Shown here piece by piece: positions 38,091-53,306 of a stretch of 64,000 nt of DNA. Every line of letters begins with the position of its first letter. Position 1 is the first letter of the stretch. Location: IMG/VR virus record IMGVR_UViG_3300021256_000081, positions 1 through 64,000 of that record, one strand, 5' to 3'. Source of the DNA: a virus. Taxonomy: Duplodnaviria; Caudoviricetes. The notes beneath the pieces are model-generated. The model did not search any database and was not told where the DNA came from. It saw only the letters and a program-made list of their open reading frames with translations. The position numbers and the translations under genes are program-made.

Positions 38091-39233
38091 ATGGCTCTTT
38101 ATGATATTAGAGATGGCGAATTAAATAAAATAGCTTCGCAGTTACAAAAAATGGCAGTAGATGAAAGTGCTGCAGAAATTACTGAAGCTCAAAGATTAGA
38201 GAGTATTCCAGAAATTAAAGCGATAGCTAATAATTTTATAGAAAAAATGAATTCTTATACGGAAGAAATTGAAATATTTAGAACAAAATTAAAAAAGCAA
38301 CGTGATTATCATAGACAAATAAAAGATAAAAAAGTTTTAAGTAAAAAACAATTAGCAGAATATGAAGATTTAAAAAAGTATATAGGTGATTTTTTAAAAA
38401 GTACAACTGTGAAAGAAATGCTTGAAACAGCAGAACAATTTCAAATAGATATTAATGGTGTTTTAGGACAAGTTGTAAAAACAGTATATGTTTATCAAAA
38501 TGAAGAAGGTTACCCAGAATTATATGAAATTACAGGAACAGAAATTTTAACTCCTGATATTGCAAGTAGATCTAATAATATCGCAGCTAGATTTCGATTA
38601 GATGGCGCAATAAAAAATTTAAATTTAAATACAGCTGATGAGCATATGAAAAAAGCGATTCGTTCAATTGGAGGTTCTGACTATAATTTTAATAAATCAA
38701 ATTTAGATGATGCCTATGTTGAAACTATGAATAGATATAGGTATAGTAGAACAAAAAATCTTAGATGAGTAATGTGAATAAATCAAATGCGACAGTGATC
38801 AATTATGAAGGTATCTGCAGCAGGAGATATTAATGAAGGATATGCGGCGGCAGTATTATTAAATAAACCAATACCAAGTTTTGCTTGACATTTCATTGAT
38901 TGAAATATAGGGGATTTTATGGAATGTTATGTTGCAAAAGTAGATAATATGTCTGGTTTATTAGCAGGAGACGTAACTGTAGGAAATATTGAATATGCAA
39001 TAAAGTCTTCAGATGCTTCTATGTTAAGTATTCGACAAATGGTTCTTCTTGCAGAATTAATTCAAAAAGACATTATTAAAGATCTGGTTGATTTAAATAA
39101 ATATAAAAAACTATTAAGCAGTAAAGCAAAGACTAGAAATAGAGAAATTGAATGAACTGCTAAACAATTAAATTCTTTAATGGATGAAGATTTGTTAGAT
39201 TATTTTGACAAACAAATAGAGATAATGTTATAA
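38091..39233 (+). CDS. 380-aa hypothetical protein with a possible C-terminal PD-(D/E)XK-like core (TGA=Trp)
   Basis: Tracked ORFs 38091 and 38919 share a frame. GDINE...GDVTVGNIEYAIK. Confidence 0.55.
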
Positions 39234-39260
39234 TATAGGAGAAAAAGGAGGTTTGGTTAT

Positions 39261-39785
39261 ATGGCAAAACCAACATTTAGTAAGTTAAAGCTTGCCGCAA
39301 ATGTAGATAAAAAAGAAATTACTTGAGAAGATCAAGTAATTGAAGTTAAGCAATATTTATCTATTGAAGACAAATTAAAACTTGTTACAGAAGTATTAAA
39401 TGCGGCAGCAGATGAAAATAGATTTTATAATAAAGGTAAAATTAATTTATATTTTAAGTTATATATAACTTATTTTTATACGAATATTAGTTTTACTGAT
39501 AAACAAAAAGAGGAAATTATTAAAACCTATGATGTACTTTATTCTTCTGGACTTTGGAACTGTATTAAGAAAGCGATTCCAGAAGAAGAGTTAGATTATA
39601 TGTATGATTTAGTTGTCGATGTGGCAAAACAAGTTTATTATTATCAAAATTCTATTTATGGAATTTTGGATAGTATTAATACAGATTATAATAAATTAGA
39701 TCTAGATATTCAAAAATTAACTGAAAATCTTAGAGATAAGGAAGGCGTTCAATTTCTTGATCAAGTATTAACCAAGATGGGTTAA
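39261..39785 (+). CDS. putative tail assembly chaperone (TGA=Trp)
   Basis: Promoter TTGACA-18-TATAAT at 39205-39234, AAGGAGG SD, just before the tape measure. Confidence 0.55.
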
Positions 39786-39822
39786 TTTAGGTTAATTTGA
39801 TTTAAGATATTAAGAAGAATGT

Positions 39823-39861
39823 AAATACCCGTGAAAATTTTTCTTCACGGGTATTTTTTTT
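39823..39861 (+). terminator. terminator-like hairpin upstream of the tape measure gene
   Basis: AAATACCCGTGAA / TTCACGGGTATTT plus T-tract. Confidence 0.65.
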
Positions 39862-39886
39862 ATATAGGAGAGAAAGGAGTAGAAAT

Positions 39887-42800
39887 ATGCCAAAACAGTT
39901 AAATATTAATTTAGCGGTTACTGCTGATGCAAATCAAGCTAAACGTCAATTGCAAGAATTGCAAAAACAATTAAGCAATTTAACGGGTGGCTCATTGTCT
40001 AAAACTAGTACTTTTGGACTTACAAAAGAAATTGAACAAGCAACTGTAGCTGCTGCTAAATTACAAGTTCAACTATCTGAAGCAATTAATCCACAAACTG
40101 GAACATTAGATTTAGGTAAATTTACTGAATCAATGAAAAAAAGTGGAATGGATTTAGAGCAGTATAAAAACCAATTGGTTCAATTAGGACCAGAAGGAAA
40201 GCAAGCTTTTCTTTCATTGGCTGATTCTATTTCAAATGCAGAAATTCCTCTTTTAAGAGCGAATTCTTTATTAAAACAATTTGGCGTTACTATTGCAAAT
40301 GCAGCAAGATGGCAAATGTCTAGTAGTTTTATTCACGGAGTCATGGGTGCAATTCAAGGTGCATATGGATATGCGCAAGATTTAAATAAATCTTTAAATA
40401 GTATTCGAATTGTTTCTGGACAAAATACAGACCAAATGGCTCGATTTGCCAATCAAGCAAATAAGGCAGCTCAAGCTTTAAGTACGAGTACGTTAGCATA
40501 TACAGATGCTTCTTTGATTTTTTATCAGCAAGGCTTAACAGGTGATGATGTTACAGAACGTGTTGATACCGTATTAAAATTATCTAATGTAACTGGAGAC
40601 AGTGCAGAACAAGTTTCTGACTATATGACAGCTATTTGAAACAACTTTTATGATGGTAGCGAGTCATTAGAATCATTTGCTGATAAGATTACTGCGCTTG
40701 GTGCTGCTACAGCATCTAGTTCTGCAGAAATTTCTGCAGGCTTGCAGCAATTTGCCGCCATAGGTCAAACAGTAGGATTAAGTTATGATTATGCTGCAAC
40801 AGCGTTAGCTACTATTGTAGCGCAGACACGTCAATCAGAATCCACTGTTGGTAATGGATTAAGAACAATTTTTGCTAGATTATCAAGCTTAAAACAAGGC
40901 GATGCCACTGAAGATGGCGTCGATTTAACTAAATACACTGCAGCTTTACAAGAAGTTGGTGTAAGCGTAATGGATCAAAATGGCCAATTAAAAGAGATGG
41001 ATCAAATCTTGGAAGATATTGGTTCAAAATGAAGTACATTAAGCAAAAACCAGCAAGTAGCTTTAGCGCAAACTGTTGGTGGTGTTAGACAATATGCTAC
41101 TTTAATTGCATTGTTTGATAATTGAGATCAATTTCAACGTAATTTAGATGTAACTAGAAATGCTGATGGTACTTTAGAAGAGCAAGCAGAAATATATGCT
41201 GAATCTTGAGAAGCAGCACAAAAACGAGTGAAAGCAGCATGACAAGCAATCTATCAAGATTTAATAGATGATAAATTTTTTATTGGTTTATTAAATACTT
41301 TTGAACTTATTTTAAAAGGTATTGATAAAATTATTGATTCTGCAGGTGGTTTAGCCGGTGTTTTAAGTGGCTTAGGTGTTCTTTTTACTCGCATGTTTGG
41401 AGATTCCATGGCTAGAGGAATTGAACAAATAGGTATGCGAATGCAAAGTCTCACTAAAAAAGGGCGTGAAGCAATCGAGCAACAGCGAACAACTGCTTTA
41501 GATCTTGCTAAAGAAATTAGATTTGATTCTTCTACGGATGAAGGTATCGCATCAAATGCAGTATATCAAGAAATTAATAATACTCAACAACAATTAATTA
41601 AAAATGCAAGCAAATTAAATGATGAACAAACTAAATATTATCAAAGTGCTTTAAATATATTAAAAGTTAATGGGCAACAAGTTATTCAAGAAGGAAAAAA
41701 ACTTGACTTGCTTAAGCAACAAGCAGAAAAAGTTGCTTTTGACACCCAAAGAAAAATGGGTGCTGATAGTTGAAGAAAAAATCAACAAATTTATTCTAAT
41801 TTAACAAAAGAATCACGTTCTTTTGGTGCTGAAAAAGAATTATATGATCAATTTCAAAGTGCAGTGAAAGCTGGAACTAAAGTTGATGATATAAAGAAAA
41901 AATGACAATCTCTTAAAGATGATGATAGCTTTGACGTTTTAACTAAAAGGGCAGAACAAAGAATTGATGCTTTAATAGCAAAATTAGAAACTTTAGAGAA
42001 AGAGAATAAGGATTTAAACGGAGCAATAAGTGAAGCATCTGCTTCTGCTGCAGCCGGTCAAGTTAGGAGAGAGGGAGGTTTTGCAAAAGGACTTGGTCTT
42101 GATCCAGAAGATGTCCAAAAGGTTGCTGATGCTTCTATTGATGTTGGTGCGGGTACTGTCCGAGCAACAAATGCGCTAAATAATTTTAAACAAGGTGCTA
42201 TTGGAGTTAAACAAAGCCTTCAGAATCTTGGACCCGCTATTACTGAAACAGCTCGATCTTTTACTAAAGCAGCTCAAGGAATTTCACAAATAACTTTTGT
42301 ACTATCAAGCATTATTAATCTTTTTAAAGTGCTAGAAGATGATTCAGTATCTTTAAAAGAAAAAATAACAACTCTTGTTATGTCTGGCGGTATGGCAATA
42401 GGCATGTTTGCTTCTTTAACACCGCCTTTAATGGCAATTACAGCAGGAATTCTCGCGTTAATTTTAGCTTTGCAACAATTATATGCATTATCTCCTTTGA
42501 AACGTTTTGATGATGCTAAAAAAGCTGTTGAAGATATGAAATCTGCAGTGAATGAAGCACAAGAAGCTGCTACAAGAGCTGCAGAAGCTTATAAAAATTT
42601 AAGTGATGTTTTAGATGGCTTAGAAGACAGAGAAAAAAGTATTAATCGTTTAGCAGAAGGTACTTTAGAATGAAGTAAAGCTATTTCAGAAAGTAATGAT
42701 CAGTTATTAAAAACTTTAGAAACTGCTGGACTATTGAATGAAGCAGAGCTTACTTATAACAAAAATGGTTTAATTACTGTTGAAAATGCAGAAGAATTAA

Positions 42801-45800
42801 AGCAACAAGCTCTAGAAACAAGTAAAATTGCTGATATAAATACAGCAATGACTCAAGCTGGATTAAAAGAAGCTCAAAAAAATCTTTCGATAGAGACTCT
42901 TGCTAAAGATCTTTGAAAACAAAATATTTGAGACGGAATTACAGATGGCTTAAATAGATGAGCATTATCTTTAGCTAACGATTATCAAGGAATCGCTAAC
43001 TATGAATCAAAAACAATTGATGGTAATTTAATAAGTAGTGAAGCACTTGAGGGTTATGCTCAACAATTAGTTGATAATGGTTTAGCTGGTGTTCATATTA
43101 ATGAAGAAATGGCTCATATGTTAGCTGAAGCAAATCCTGAGTTAAAATTCTTAGAACAAATTGCAGATAGACAAGATATTTTAGATGGTATTTCTCAAGT
43201 TGCTGAAGCTATTCAAGGCTCCGAAATTGGTGGAAAGGCTTATCGAGTAGAGGCAGCAAGAAGAGCTGCGGATTTTGCAGGATTTGAAGCACCAGATTTA
43301 CCAGAAAGCCAATTAGATGATTTTTATGATAATCTATATAATCAATTATTGAGTGGAATTCTTGAAGAAAGAGGATTAACTTCAATAAACGATTTAAACA
43401 TAGGCAAACATTCTGCAGATAGAGCTGCAGCATATCAAGCTTTCGCAGATCAATCTGGCGGACAATATAGTTATGATGCTACTCAGGATACTTTAGTTGA
43501 TAATGCTACTAGTAAAAATGTAACAGATGTTAATGAAACTCTTATAAAATTAGCTTATTTTACAAGTTTAATGACTTCTGGCTTTAGTGAATTATATGCC
43601 TCAAGTGTTAAATTAAAAGATACAGAAAATGCTTGAGATACTCAATTAAGAGAAAGACAAGAAGTATCCGAAAAAGAAGCTAGAGATAATATGGGAACAA
43701 GTGATTTGTTCTCTAGTGATCAAGATATAGATAATTATCTTGGTAATCATAAAAGTTCTATTGAGTTAGAATTTTTAATGAGCGGAGATTTATCTCAATT
43801 TCACAGTTTAGCAGAATTAGATGAATATTTAACAAAATTAACTACTGAGGAACATAATATTCCTTTAAATATTAATGCAGAAGATTTAAATAATTTTAAA
43901 GGAAAAACAGATGACTTAATACAAGAAGTCGAACAACTTTCTCAATTTATACAAAATAATGCAGAAGATTATGAATATTTAAGCAAGCATTTAGCAGATT
44001 GCTCTCAAGCTGCAGATGCTGTTGCATATTCTTTAATCCGTTTTGATGATGCTATGCAAGATGTTGCTTCTAATTATGATAATTGGAAGAAAATGTTGAA
44101 TAGCAAAGATGTAAGAGAAGTTAGTGAAGCTGTTTCAGATTTAAGAAAAACATACGGTAATTTATTTGATATAGATGGCTCTACTCTTTCTGATGATTTT
44201 TTAAAACAGGGTGATAATTTAGAAAGATTAAATACTATTTTAACAGGGACAGAAGATGAAGCAGTTAAAGCTTATGATGAATTACAAAAAATTGCTGCTT
44301 TAAATATTGCTGAAAATGCAGCTACTGAATTGGGTATTTCTATAGATGCGGATCAATTTTATGCAGAATATGATAATATTATGTCTATTATTGATCAGCT
44401 ACATTTGGCGGCTGGAGATCCTATTACCCTTGAAGCTAATCCTGTAGAATATAGTGCTTTGGTTGATTCATTAAACAGCATGCTTGCTTTAATTGGAAAT
44501 AATGTAGATGCAGCACATGCTTTAATGGCTGAAATGGGATGACAAGGAGAATTAGAAAACATTCCTGCAGAATCTGAAGATACTACAGATGTTCAGGGTT
44601 ATACAGTAACTCCAGAAGAAGTTACTGCAGAAGTTGTTGGTGCAGAAATTTCTAATGGAGATGGAGATGACGTTTTACCTAAAGCCACTAAACCAGTAAC
44701 AATTAAACATGCTAGTATGCGCATAGATGCTGATGAACCAACACATACTGAAGGAAAAAAGGTTACTAATGTTCAAGGCTTTAGAATTAAAGCAGGCAGT
44801 GACTTACATTATATCGGTGGAGGAGCACCAAAAATAAAAAATTCTCCTGTCCGCAGAACTGGAAATAGTGGAAAATCTGGTGGAAAAAGTGGCGGTGGAG
44901 GAGGCGGTGGTTCTAAAAAGAAAACCGTTAAAGAACATACCAAAACTGTTAAGAATGAAGATCGTTATCATGATATAAAAGAACGTATTGATGATTTAAA
45001 TAGATCATTAACTCGTTTAGGAAAAACTGAAGATAGAATATATGGTAAGGCTAAACTTAAGTACATGGATATGGAAATCGAAAAACTTGAGGATCAAATT
45101 AAACTTACCGATGAATATATAAAAGAAATTAAGAAATATGCAGCTATTGATCAAGCTAATTTACGTGGTATTGGAATGGGTGCAGAATTTGATGAGAATG
45201 GAATGCTTACTAATTATGAACAAGTTCTCGCAAATATTACCGATTCTTACAATGCCGCTATTGGAGCTTATAATGGAGCAGTAGATGCATTTAATGAAAG
45301 TGCGCAAGAAGAGGGCGATAACGATGCCCTTGAAGGCGCAAAAAAACAGCTTGATGCTGCAAAAGAAACTTATGATGAAAATCAAAAGATTTTAAAGCAG
45401 TATGAAGATACTTTTAATCTACTCCAAGAGCAAGTAGATAAACGTATAGATCAAGTATGAGCATTATTTGATATGCGTTTAAAGAAAATTACTTTTGAAG
45501 TAGAATTTGAAATTAATTGAAACGAAAGAGAACTTAAATATCTTGATTGGCTTTTAGATAATATTGGTGATACTGCCGAAAGAGGAGTAGATAAAATTGC
45601 TAATCTTGCTCAACAGATGAATGAATATGCTGATACTATCGAGTGGGCTAAGAAAGGTATTCAAGGTATCTTTGGATTGCATGGTATTAACTTTGATTTT
45701 GATAATGCTGATCCAGTAGCATTAACAGATCAATTAACTGATGCAATGCATCGTTTAAATTTTGAATCTCAATTAACTGAAGATGAGGCTAATGCGCTTC

Positions 45801-48094
45801 TTGATTATTGCGACACTCTCATGGAGGCCATTGATGGTATTCGTGACAAATGGAAGGCAGCACATGATGCGGTTAATGATACATGAGATAAGTGAAACGA
45901 ACGTCTTGAAAGAGAAACTGATAGATTAGAAAATTATGCTAAAGAAATGGATAGCATAAAAAATATCATTGATCTTACAGGACGTAAAATGTTAGGTCTT
46001 TCAACACAAGATATTGATAAGATGAATCAATCTCAGATTGAAAATAATTGAGCGCAAGTAGAATCTTGAAAAGCTATCATGGAAGCTCGTAAAGCATCTA
46101 TGGAAGAAGCTAAATATTATATGGAAAATGCTCAAACAGAAGAAGTTCGTGAGCAATGAAGAAAGAGTTACGAACAGTTTGAGGATGACTATAATAATGC
46201 ACATCAGAATTATTACTCAGCATGAGAAGATACTTTAAAGAAAGTCCAAGATGCGTTTGAAGAAACAATGGATAATCTTGGAAAAGATTATAATGATGCA
46301 ATGGGTGATTTAACACTTCTTCAAGAGCAGTTTGCGCGAAAGCAAGAAGTAGATCATTTATATCTTGATGATTATGAGAAATATCATGAGTTAAATAAAT
46401 CTTCCGATGAACTTCGTAAGAGTCTTGAAAATACTAATAGCACAATGATGAAGTCCAAGATGAATGACCTTTTGGATGAAATGAATGCATCTATGCGTGA
46501 TGGTGTTGATATTTCAGAAGCGCAAGCTGAAATATATGCACGTAGAGTAGCATTATTACAAGCTGAAGCTGAACTCTTGGATGCGCAAAATGCTAAGAGC
46601 GCAGTTCGCATGACTCGTGATAATGAAGGTAATTTCAGTTATACTTATACAGCAGATCAAGATCAAATTGATGATGCTGAGGGTAACTTCCAAGATAAGT
46701 TCTATGAAGTTCTAGATTATGAACGTCAATATATGGAAGATATTCAAGGTCAAATGTTAGACATGACAGAGCAATTCTGGAGTGATTATTATGACCTTTG
46801 TGAAAGATATAAAGATGATTCAGCTGCATTAGAAGAAGCTGTTGAGGCTTTAGTAGATGATTATAATTTAAAAATGGATTTCTTGGTAGCTGAACAAGAA
46901 ATGGATATGGGCGAAATGGCTCGTTTGAGAGATGAAGACTGAAAAGACTTTGAAAATCTCACGGGAAAGAAACTTGCTAATCAAAATGATTTCATAGATC
47001 AATTTAAAAATACGATTGTTGGAAGATTACGTCCTCAATATCAAAATGCAAATGATTATGCAATTCAATGGCAAAAAACAGTAGAAAAAACTACTCAAGA
47101 AGGAAATAAGGCTGTAGATAAATATCAATCTAATACTGAAAAAACATTTGAGAAAGCTGGAGAAAATATTGAAAAATATGGAAATAAAGCTGTTGAAAAA
47201 ATGAGCAATATTGCTGGTCAAAGTCAGGTAACAAAAGATAATGTTACTACAATGGCTGGACAGATGCAAATTGATATGGGTCAAGTTATGACCACTGCTT
47301 GAAGTCTTGATAGTGCGTGAGCTACTGTAATGAATAACATGCGTACTCAAATTCAGCAAACAGTAAGCGCTTTATATTCATTATTACAAAGATTACAAGA
47401 AGTTCAGGCACAAGCTGCCGCTACGATTGCTGCAGTTCAAGCTGCAGCTCAAGCACAGGCTATGGCTAATATGGGTAATAGTCTTGGTGGAGGCGCAGGT
47501 GGTGGATCTGGAGGAGGAACTGGAAGTGGTCCAGGAGGTCCTGGCAGAACAACTACTGGTTCAGGAAATTCTTCTTACCATAGTCTTTATGGTGGAGCAG
47601 GAACTGCAGATCATGCAATAACAGATGGAAACGGAGGTTATGTAACTGGTGGAACAAGAGGTTCCGGGAATACTGGTTATGGAGTAATTACAACTGGTAA
47701 TAACACAAGTATGCCTACCGATGTTTATGCAATGCTAAAAAGACAGGGTCTTGTTAAAGCTTCTGGTGGTTATACAGGTGCATGAGGTCCAGAAGGAGTT
47801 GTAAATATTCTCCATGAAAAAGAATTTGTTTTAAATAAAGATGATACTGCTAATATTTTTAAAGTTGTTGATATGGTAAGACAACTAGATGATAAATTTG
47901 GCCTTTCTCAAGGTTTAAATAATTTAGCTAGTTCTATTGTTGGTTCTGGTTCCCTTGCATTGGCAGGTACTGGAGCAATGGATCAAAATGTTCATATTGA
48001 AGCAAATTTCCCTAATGTACAATCACATACAGAAATTGAAACAGCATTAAATAATCTTGTTAATTCTGCTGCTCAATATGTTAATCGTAAATAA
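39887..48094 (+). CDS. tape measure protein, about 2735 aa (many TGA=Trp)
   Basis: Twelve tracked fragments lie in one frame. Tape-measure N-terminal core, e.g. MTAI(W)NNF and YAES(W)EAA. Gaps spot-checked only. Confidence 0.9.
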
Positions 48095-48097
48095 TTT

Positions 48098-48132
48098 TAA
48101 GGGTTCCCTTATGGGAACCCTTTTCTTTTTTG
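48098..48132 (+). terminator. intrinsic terminator after the tape measure
   Basis: AAGGGTTCCC-TTAT-GGGAACCCTT plus T-tract. Confidence 0.75.
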
Positions 48133-48205
48133 GCCAATTACTTGTCATAAAGCCGACGTTTTTTTTATAATAAAAGAGATATAGGAGAAAAAGGAGGAGA
48201 ATGGT

Positions 48206-51200
48206 ATGGCTGATGATTTAAACTTAACTCAAAAGTATCTTGATGCAATTAATGAAGCTATATCTGTTCATACTAAAAATGCGGTTCAAGGACTAGCATT
48301 TAATAAAACAGAAACAGCTACTATTGTTGGCGAACAAGATGCCGATGGGTTTTACCCAGTCTATAATGGTTCAGTAAGATATATGGCGAAGTCTGAAAAA
48401 ACTAATTATAGAAAGGGATCAACCGTTTATGTCACAATACCAAACAATGATACTTCGCAAGAAAAGTATATTATTGGAATGTTACGTGACAAAGACGGAA
48501 AAGGACTTACATACGTTTCGCCTTTACAGAAATATGCACCTGATGAAAAATTAGGAAATTTCTTAGAAAAAGAAGAGTGAAAAATTGATCAAAACGATGA
48601 CTTTTGAACTTCTCTATTGCAATCCAATGGAGCTACAAATCAATTAAATTATAATAATACGGAAGGAACAGGACTTGTTGCAAATTTTAATTTACAAAAA
48701 AATTCACAAGGACCTGAATATGTATTTTTATATCAATCTAAGAATCTCCAAGAGTGTAAAGATATTAATGAAAAGAACTTCAAATATATGGGAGTTTCTG
48801 TTGATTTCAAAACTTTGCTTAGTGCATATCACGTAATAAAAGGAGATTATGGAATACAGATTTTTATTCAGTATTCTTATAACCAAGAAAACAGAGAATC
48901 TGAAAAAGTTTATAAAGTTTCTACATATAGATTAAGTACCAGAGATATGGTTGGTGCGGTTTATAATTTCAATACTTACTATAAACAAGAGGCTTTATTT
49001 GAGATTGATAATGACATTGAAGCTGGAACAAAAATACATCGAATTGGTATTATGTTCTATCAAGATGGTAATTTTATTAATTCTGATGGTCATATTGATA
49101 CTAAATACAATATCAATAAATTAAAAAATATCTTATTGAGAAATCTTTCTATTGAATTTGGCGATGATCTTCCAGAAGATGTTATTGATGAAGTTAAAAT
49201 TTATACCACAAATGGTCAATATTATGATTCCGCGCAATTGAATGAACAACTTAATGAAAAGCGCATTCAATTAAAATGAAGACATCTCGATTATGACAAT
49301 GCAGAGGATGAAGATGAACCTGGTAAATTAGTAGAAGTAACAAGTGCTACCTCTAAAATTTCTAGTGAAACAGATGTAAATTTATATCCAAAGATAACAT
49401 GGTATAAAGATTCTCTCCATACTTTAGCTGATTTTAGAGCAGAAGAAGCAGCAGCAGCTGCTGAGAATGATGCATTATATGCTTTATTAGAAAAATATAA
49501 GGCTTCTATGAGTGCGCGTGATGCATTTTTAGATGTGTGGAAACAAGAGTACGATAGAATCGTTGGTGAAGAAAGTTTAGAGACTATTGAACAACGCGCC
49601 CTTGAACAACATTATGCCGCAATTAGAGACGCTTCTGGTCAAGCATATGAATATCATCCAGATGCTATTACTAGAGATGAGATGTATGATTTAATTAATG
49701 AATTAAATCTTAATCCATCTAAAGACTATTTCTACAATATGGAAACTCAACAGTATTATCTTACACCAAGTGGAGAAGATATTGTTGATAGAACTATTAC
49801 TCGTAATGCCAAGGAGGCTTTATCTCCTGCGGCAAGTAGTGAAGATGGTGGCGATCATTGAGTTCCTATTGCAGTAAATACTTTAAAAGTAGATTTTACT
49901 CCAGAGGAAGAACTAAAGCGCAATGATTTCTCAATAAAATGTATTGTAGAATATGGTCCAAGAGATAATAATGGAAATATTATTAAGGAAAGTGACCATT
50001 ATAGAAAGATAGTTTCTAATATTATTACATTTATTAACTTGACCGCAGTACCTGATCCTAATACACAGGATGCGGCAATAGGTGTAAAAATTATATATGA
50101 TGATGAATCTAATGGACAATATCCTTTATATGATGGTCAAACTGGGAAAATATTAGATAATTTTGATAGCAGTGAAGAACGTACTTTAACGATGGATTTC
50201 GTTTCTAAATATAGTGGAAAAAGTTATCTTAATGGAAATGAAAGTATTATATGAGAAGTCCCAAAGACTAATACAATGATTGATCCTTCTGGCTATATCA
50301 ACCTTAAAGCAACTAAAGATTCTTCTGAAGATGTTGATGGAGTAACTACTCGATATATTTTAGGAGAGACTGAAGGTAAAGAATTAGCCAAGAAATATTA
50401 TATTAATTATGATCCAGTAAATTATTATTATATTAAACTAGATTGCTATAATAGTAATAATGTAAAAATTTATGCTAAATTGCACTATCAAATAAAAGAA
50501 TATTATGTTCAAAGCGCAATTAGTAATACTGTAACGTGTCATTTAATTAAGAACCAGCAAATATATACTGGTACAACGACAATGTTGTTTAGCCATAAAG
50601 GTACGAATGGAACAGATTATACATTTACTCTTGGTTTTGGTAAGCTGGTTGATATTAATAATAACTGGGAAGAAAAAGGTCCAGCTGATTCAGCATTAAC
50701 TATTGGTGAGCAGTATTGGCGTTTAATTAACTTTGATTTATTTGACGCAGATTGCAAACAAATAAATTTGACAGATCAACAAAAAAACGATATAATTAAA
50801 TTATGGGTAGAGCATAAAGAAGATGGTTTTTATACATCAAATGTTGGAAATGCATTAGATATTCAAGGAAAAAGAAATACACAAGGTTTATATACACAAG
50901 TAGCGATTAGAGTTAAAAATAATTATACATCTATTGTAGAAGATTTAAAATATATAGTATTACAAGCGTCTTTGAAATCTAACGCAACATCTACTTACAA
51001 TAATAGAATATATAATTTAGATAATATTTTATTCACGCAATTTTTACAAATTCCAGTAAAGACGCAACAAAAATATTATTTAAATGGTTCTGGTATTATT
51101 TTTTATGACGATGATGGAGCAATAGATAATGGTACTAATTCTCCAAAATACGCTTTAAAAAATAGAACTGGAGCACAGCGTTTGGTAATAAGAGCGAATG

Positions 51201-53014
51201 GAGTAGAAATAACTCCTTCTACAGCTAACGCACAATATTATCCATCTTTTACAGCAGAATGAGAATTAGAGCCAACTTCTATTTTCTTTTCAAATATTGC
51301 TTATGAAAGTCAATTTTCTAAGAAAGCAAGCAAGTTAGCTATTGATTGTTATGATGGAACAAGCCTAGTATATACAGTTCCATTATTAATTTTACAAAAT
51401 AAATATCAAATTCCAGCTCTTAATAGATGGAATGGTAAATTATTAGTAGATAGCGATAACAACCAGATTATGGCTGCTACTATTAGCGCAGGTCATAAAG
51501 AGCAGAATAATTCTTTTACTGGAATTATTATGGGAGATATTCGAAAGAAAGATGGCCTACGAGAAGCATATACACCAATATCTGGATTATTTGGATATAA
51601 TACAGGTGCGCAATCATTTGGATTTCAGACTGATGGTACTGGATTTATAGGCAAATCTGGAACTGGTAGAATTGAATTTAACGGAGAAAATGGTTGAATT
51701 CAAAGTGGCAATTATAGTGCTTCAGAAAATGCGGTTAATCGTTCTGGAACTAGGATAGATCTTGATGATGGATCTATTGATATGTGAGGACGAGGTGTTA
51801 CTTATACTTATAGAGAAGATAAGAATAGATATGAAACTTCTAATACCGGAGTTGGCGATGTTAGTACAAATATCCATTTAGATACTGCTGGAACTATTAG
51901 CAAACCTTATTTTAAGATAGAAGTACCTAGATATTATACTACTAATAATAGGGGTACTGTCAGTAGCTCACAAACTAATAATCCTTCTTATGATAGAATT
52001 TCTTTAATGCAAATAGATCAAAGTAATTTCTATTTACAAACTGCGGATTATGATGAATCTAGAAATACTGGATTAAAGATTGATTTAAGGCAAGGAATTT
52101 TTGATAGCAAAGGAAAACTTACTATTAATGGTGCTCTTGGTTCTGAAATTAATTTTGGCTCTGGTGACAATAATATTAGAATGGGTATCTATGGAAATGG
52201 TACTGCTTATTTAACCGCAACAGGTACATTAAATATTACTGGTAATGAAAATTCTAGAATTGATTTTGGTGAGTATTTAACTATTACAGGTAGTGGTACT
52301 GGAAATAGAATTGGTGGTAGTACATTATCTAATAGTGGTATTCATGCAGATAATGCTAATTGAGGAATTAATTCTGATGGTAGTGCTTATTTTAAAAACG
52401 TAAGTGTTACTGAAAATAGTACATTTAATTTAGGTACTCAAGGAATTGGCGGAAATGGTATTTCTTTTGGAAATGGATTCGCAAGTTTTTCTGGAGATAT
52501 TTATGCAAATAATGGATACTTTACAGGAACTGTAAGTGCTGCTACTATTACTGGTGGTACAATTACTGGTGCAGCAATAAGTGGTGGATCTGTTACTGCT
52601 GAAAGTTTGACTGTTGGCGGTGTTTCTGTTAGTCCATCAAGCTTTAATTTTATTACTGGATTAACCGTAAATTTAAGTAGTGGTTCTATGCCTATGGTAA
52701 CTGATGTTACTTGAAATGGTGCTTCAATTTCTAAATCAACTACTAATTTAAATTTTGTTAATAAAGTATCAATTTCTTGAACTAAAGCAAAAGCATATAT
52801 GCTTGGTGGAGTTTCAATAACAGGGGGAGATTCTCAAGTAGAAGTAAATAATACTTCTGGTGGAACTCCTCATACAGTAGTTAATTTAAATGACTACTAT
52901 GCAACTAAAGGACATGATCATGATGACGTATATGCTAAATTGGGTCATAGTCATAGTGGTACTAGTGGTCCAGGTGGCGCAGATTATCATACACATTATG
53001 TATCAGTAGATTAA
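48206..53014 (+). CDS. tail tip/spike-like protein, about 1602 aa (TGA=Trp)
   Basis: Eight fragments in one frame. Gly-rich beta-repeat C-terminal third and HxH motifs (GHDH, GHSH, HTH) at the end. Confidence 0.7.
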
Positions 53015-53024
53015 GAGGAATAAT

Positions 53025-53306
53025 ATGAATAATTTAACAATAAAATATTTTCATGAGCAACTATTACAATTAGTAAATTCATGTGGTTTGCCTGTCGGTA
53101 CTGCATATTTTATATTAAAAGATGTTCTACGTGAAGTAGAAAAAGTTTATAATGAGTGTCTTTATAAAGAAGCTCATGAAGAAAATAATTCAACTGAAAC
53201 TCAGACAATAAATCTTGTTCAACCAGAACAAAATAAGGAGGAAATGGAGAATGAAGGAACAAACACAGATGCTTCAGAACATTCTGGAAGCACTAATGAC
53301 AATTAG
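53025..53306 (+). CDS. hypothetical tail-module protein
   Basis: ORF track. Confidence 0.7.
   Translation: MNNLTIKYFHEQLLQLVNSCGLPVGTAYFILKDVLREVEKVYNECLYKEAHEENNSTETQTINLVQPEQNKEEMENEGTNTDASEHSGSTNDN

Noticed and set aside
39261-39886. Programmed frameshift in the tail assembly chaperone
   Set aside because: No second overlapping frame between the chaperone stop and the tape measure start. The gap holds a terminator-like hairpin.
24570-48180. Phage-specific late promoter motif (TGGACAA/TGGCCAA-like at about 24576 and 48131)
   Set aside because: Too few and too divergent instances to support by eye.
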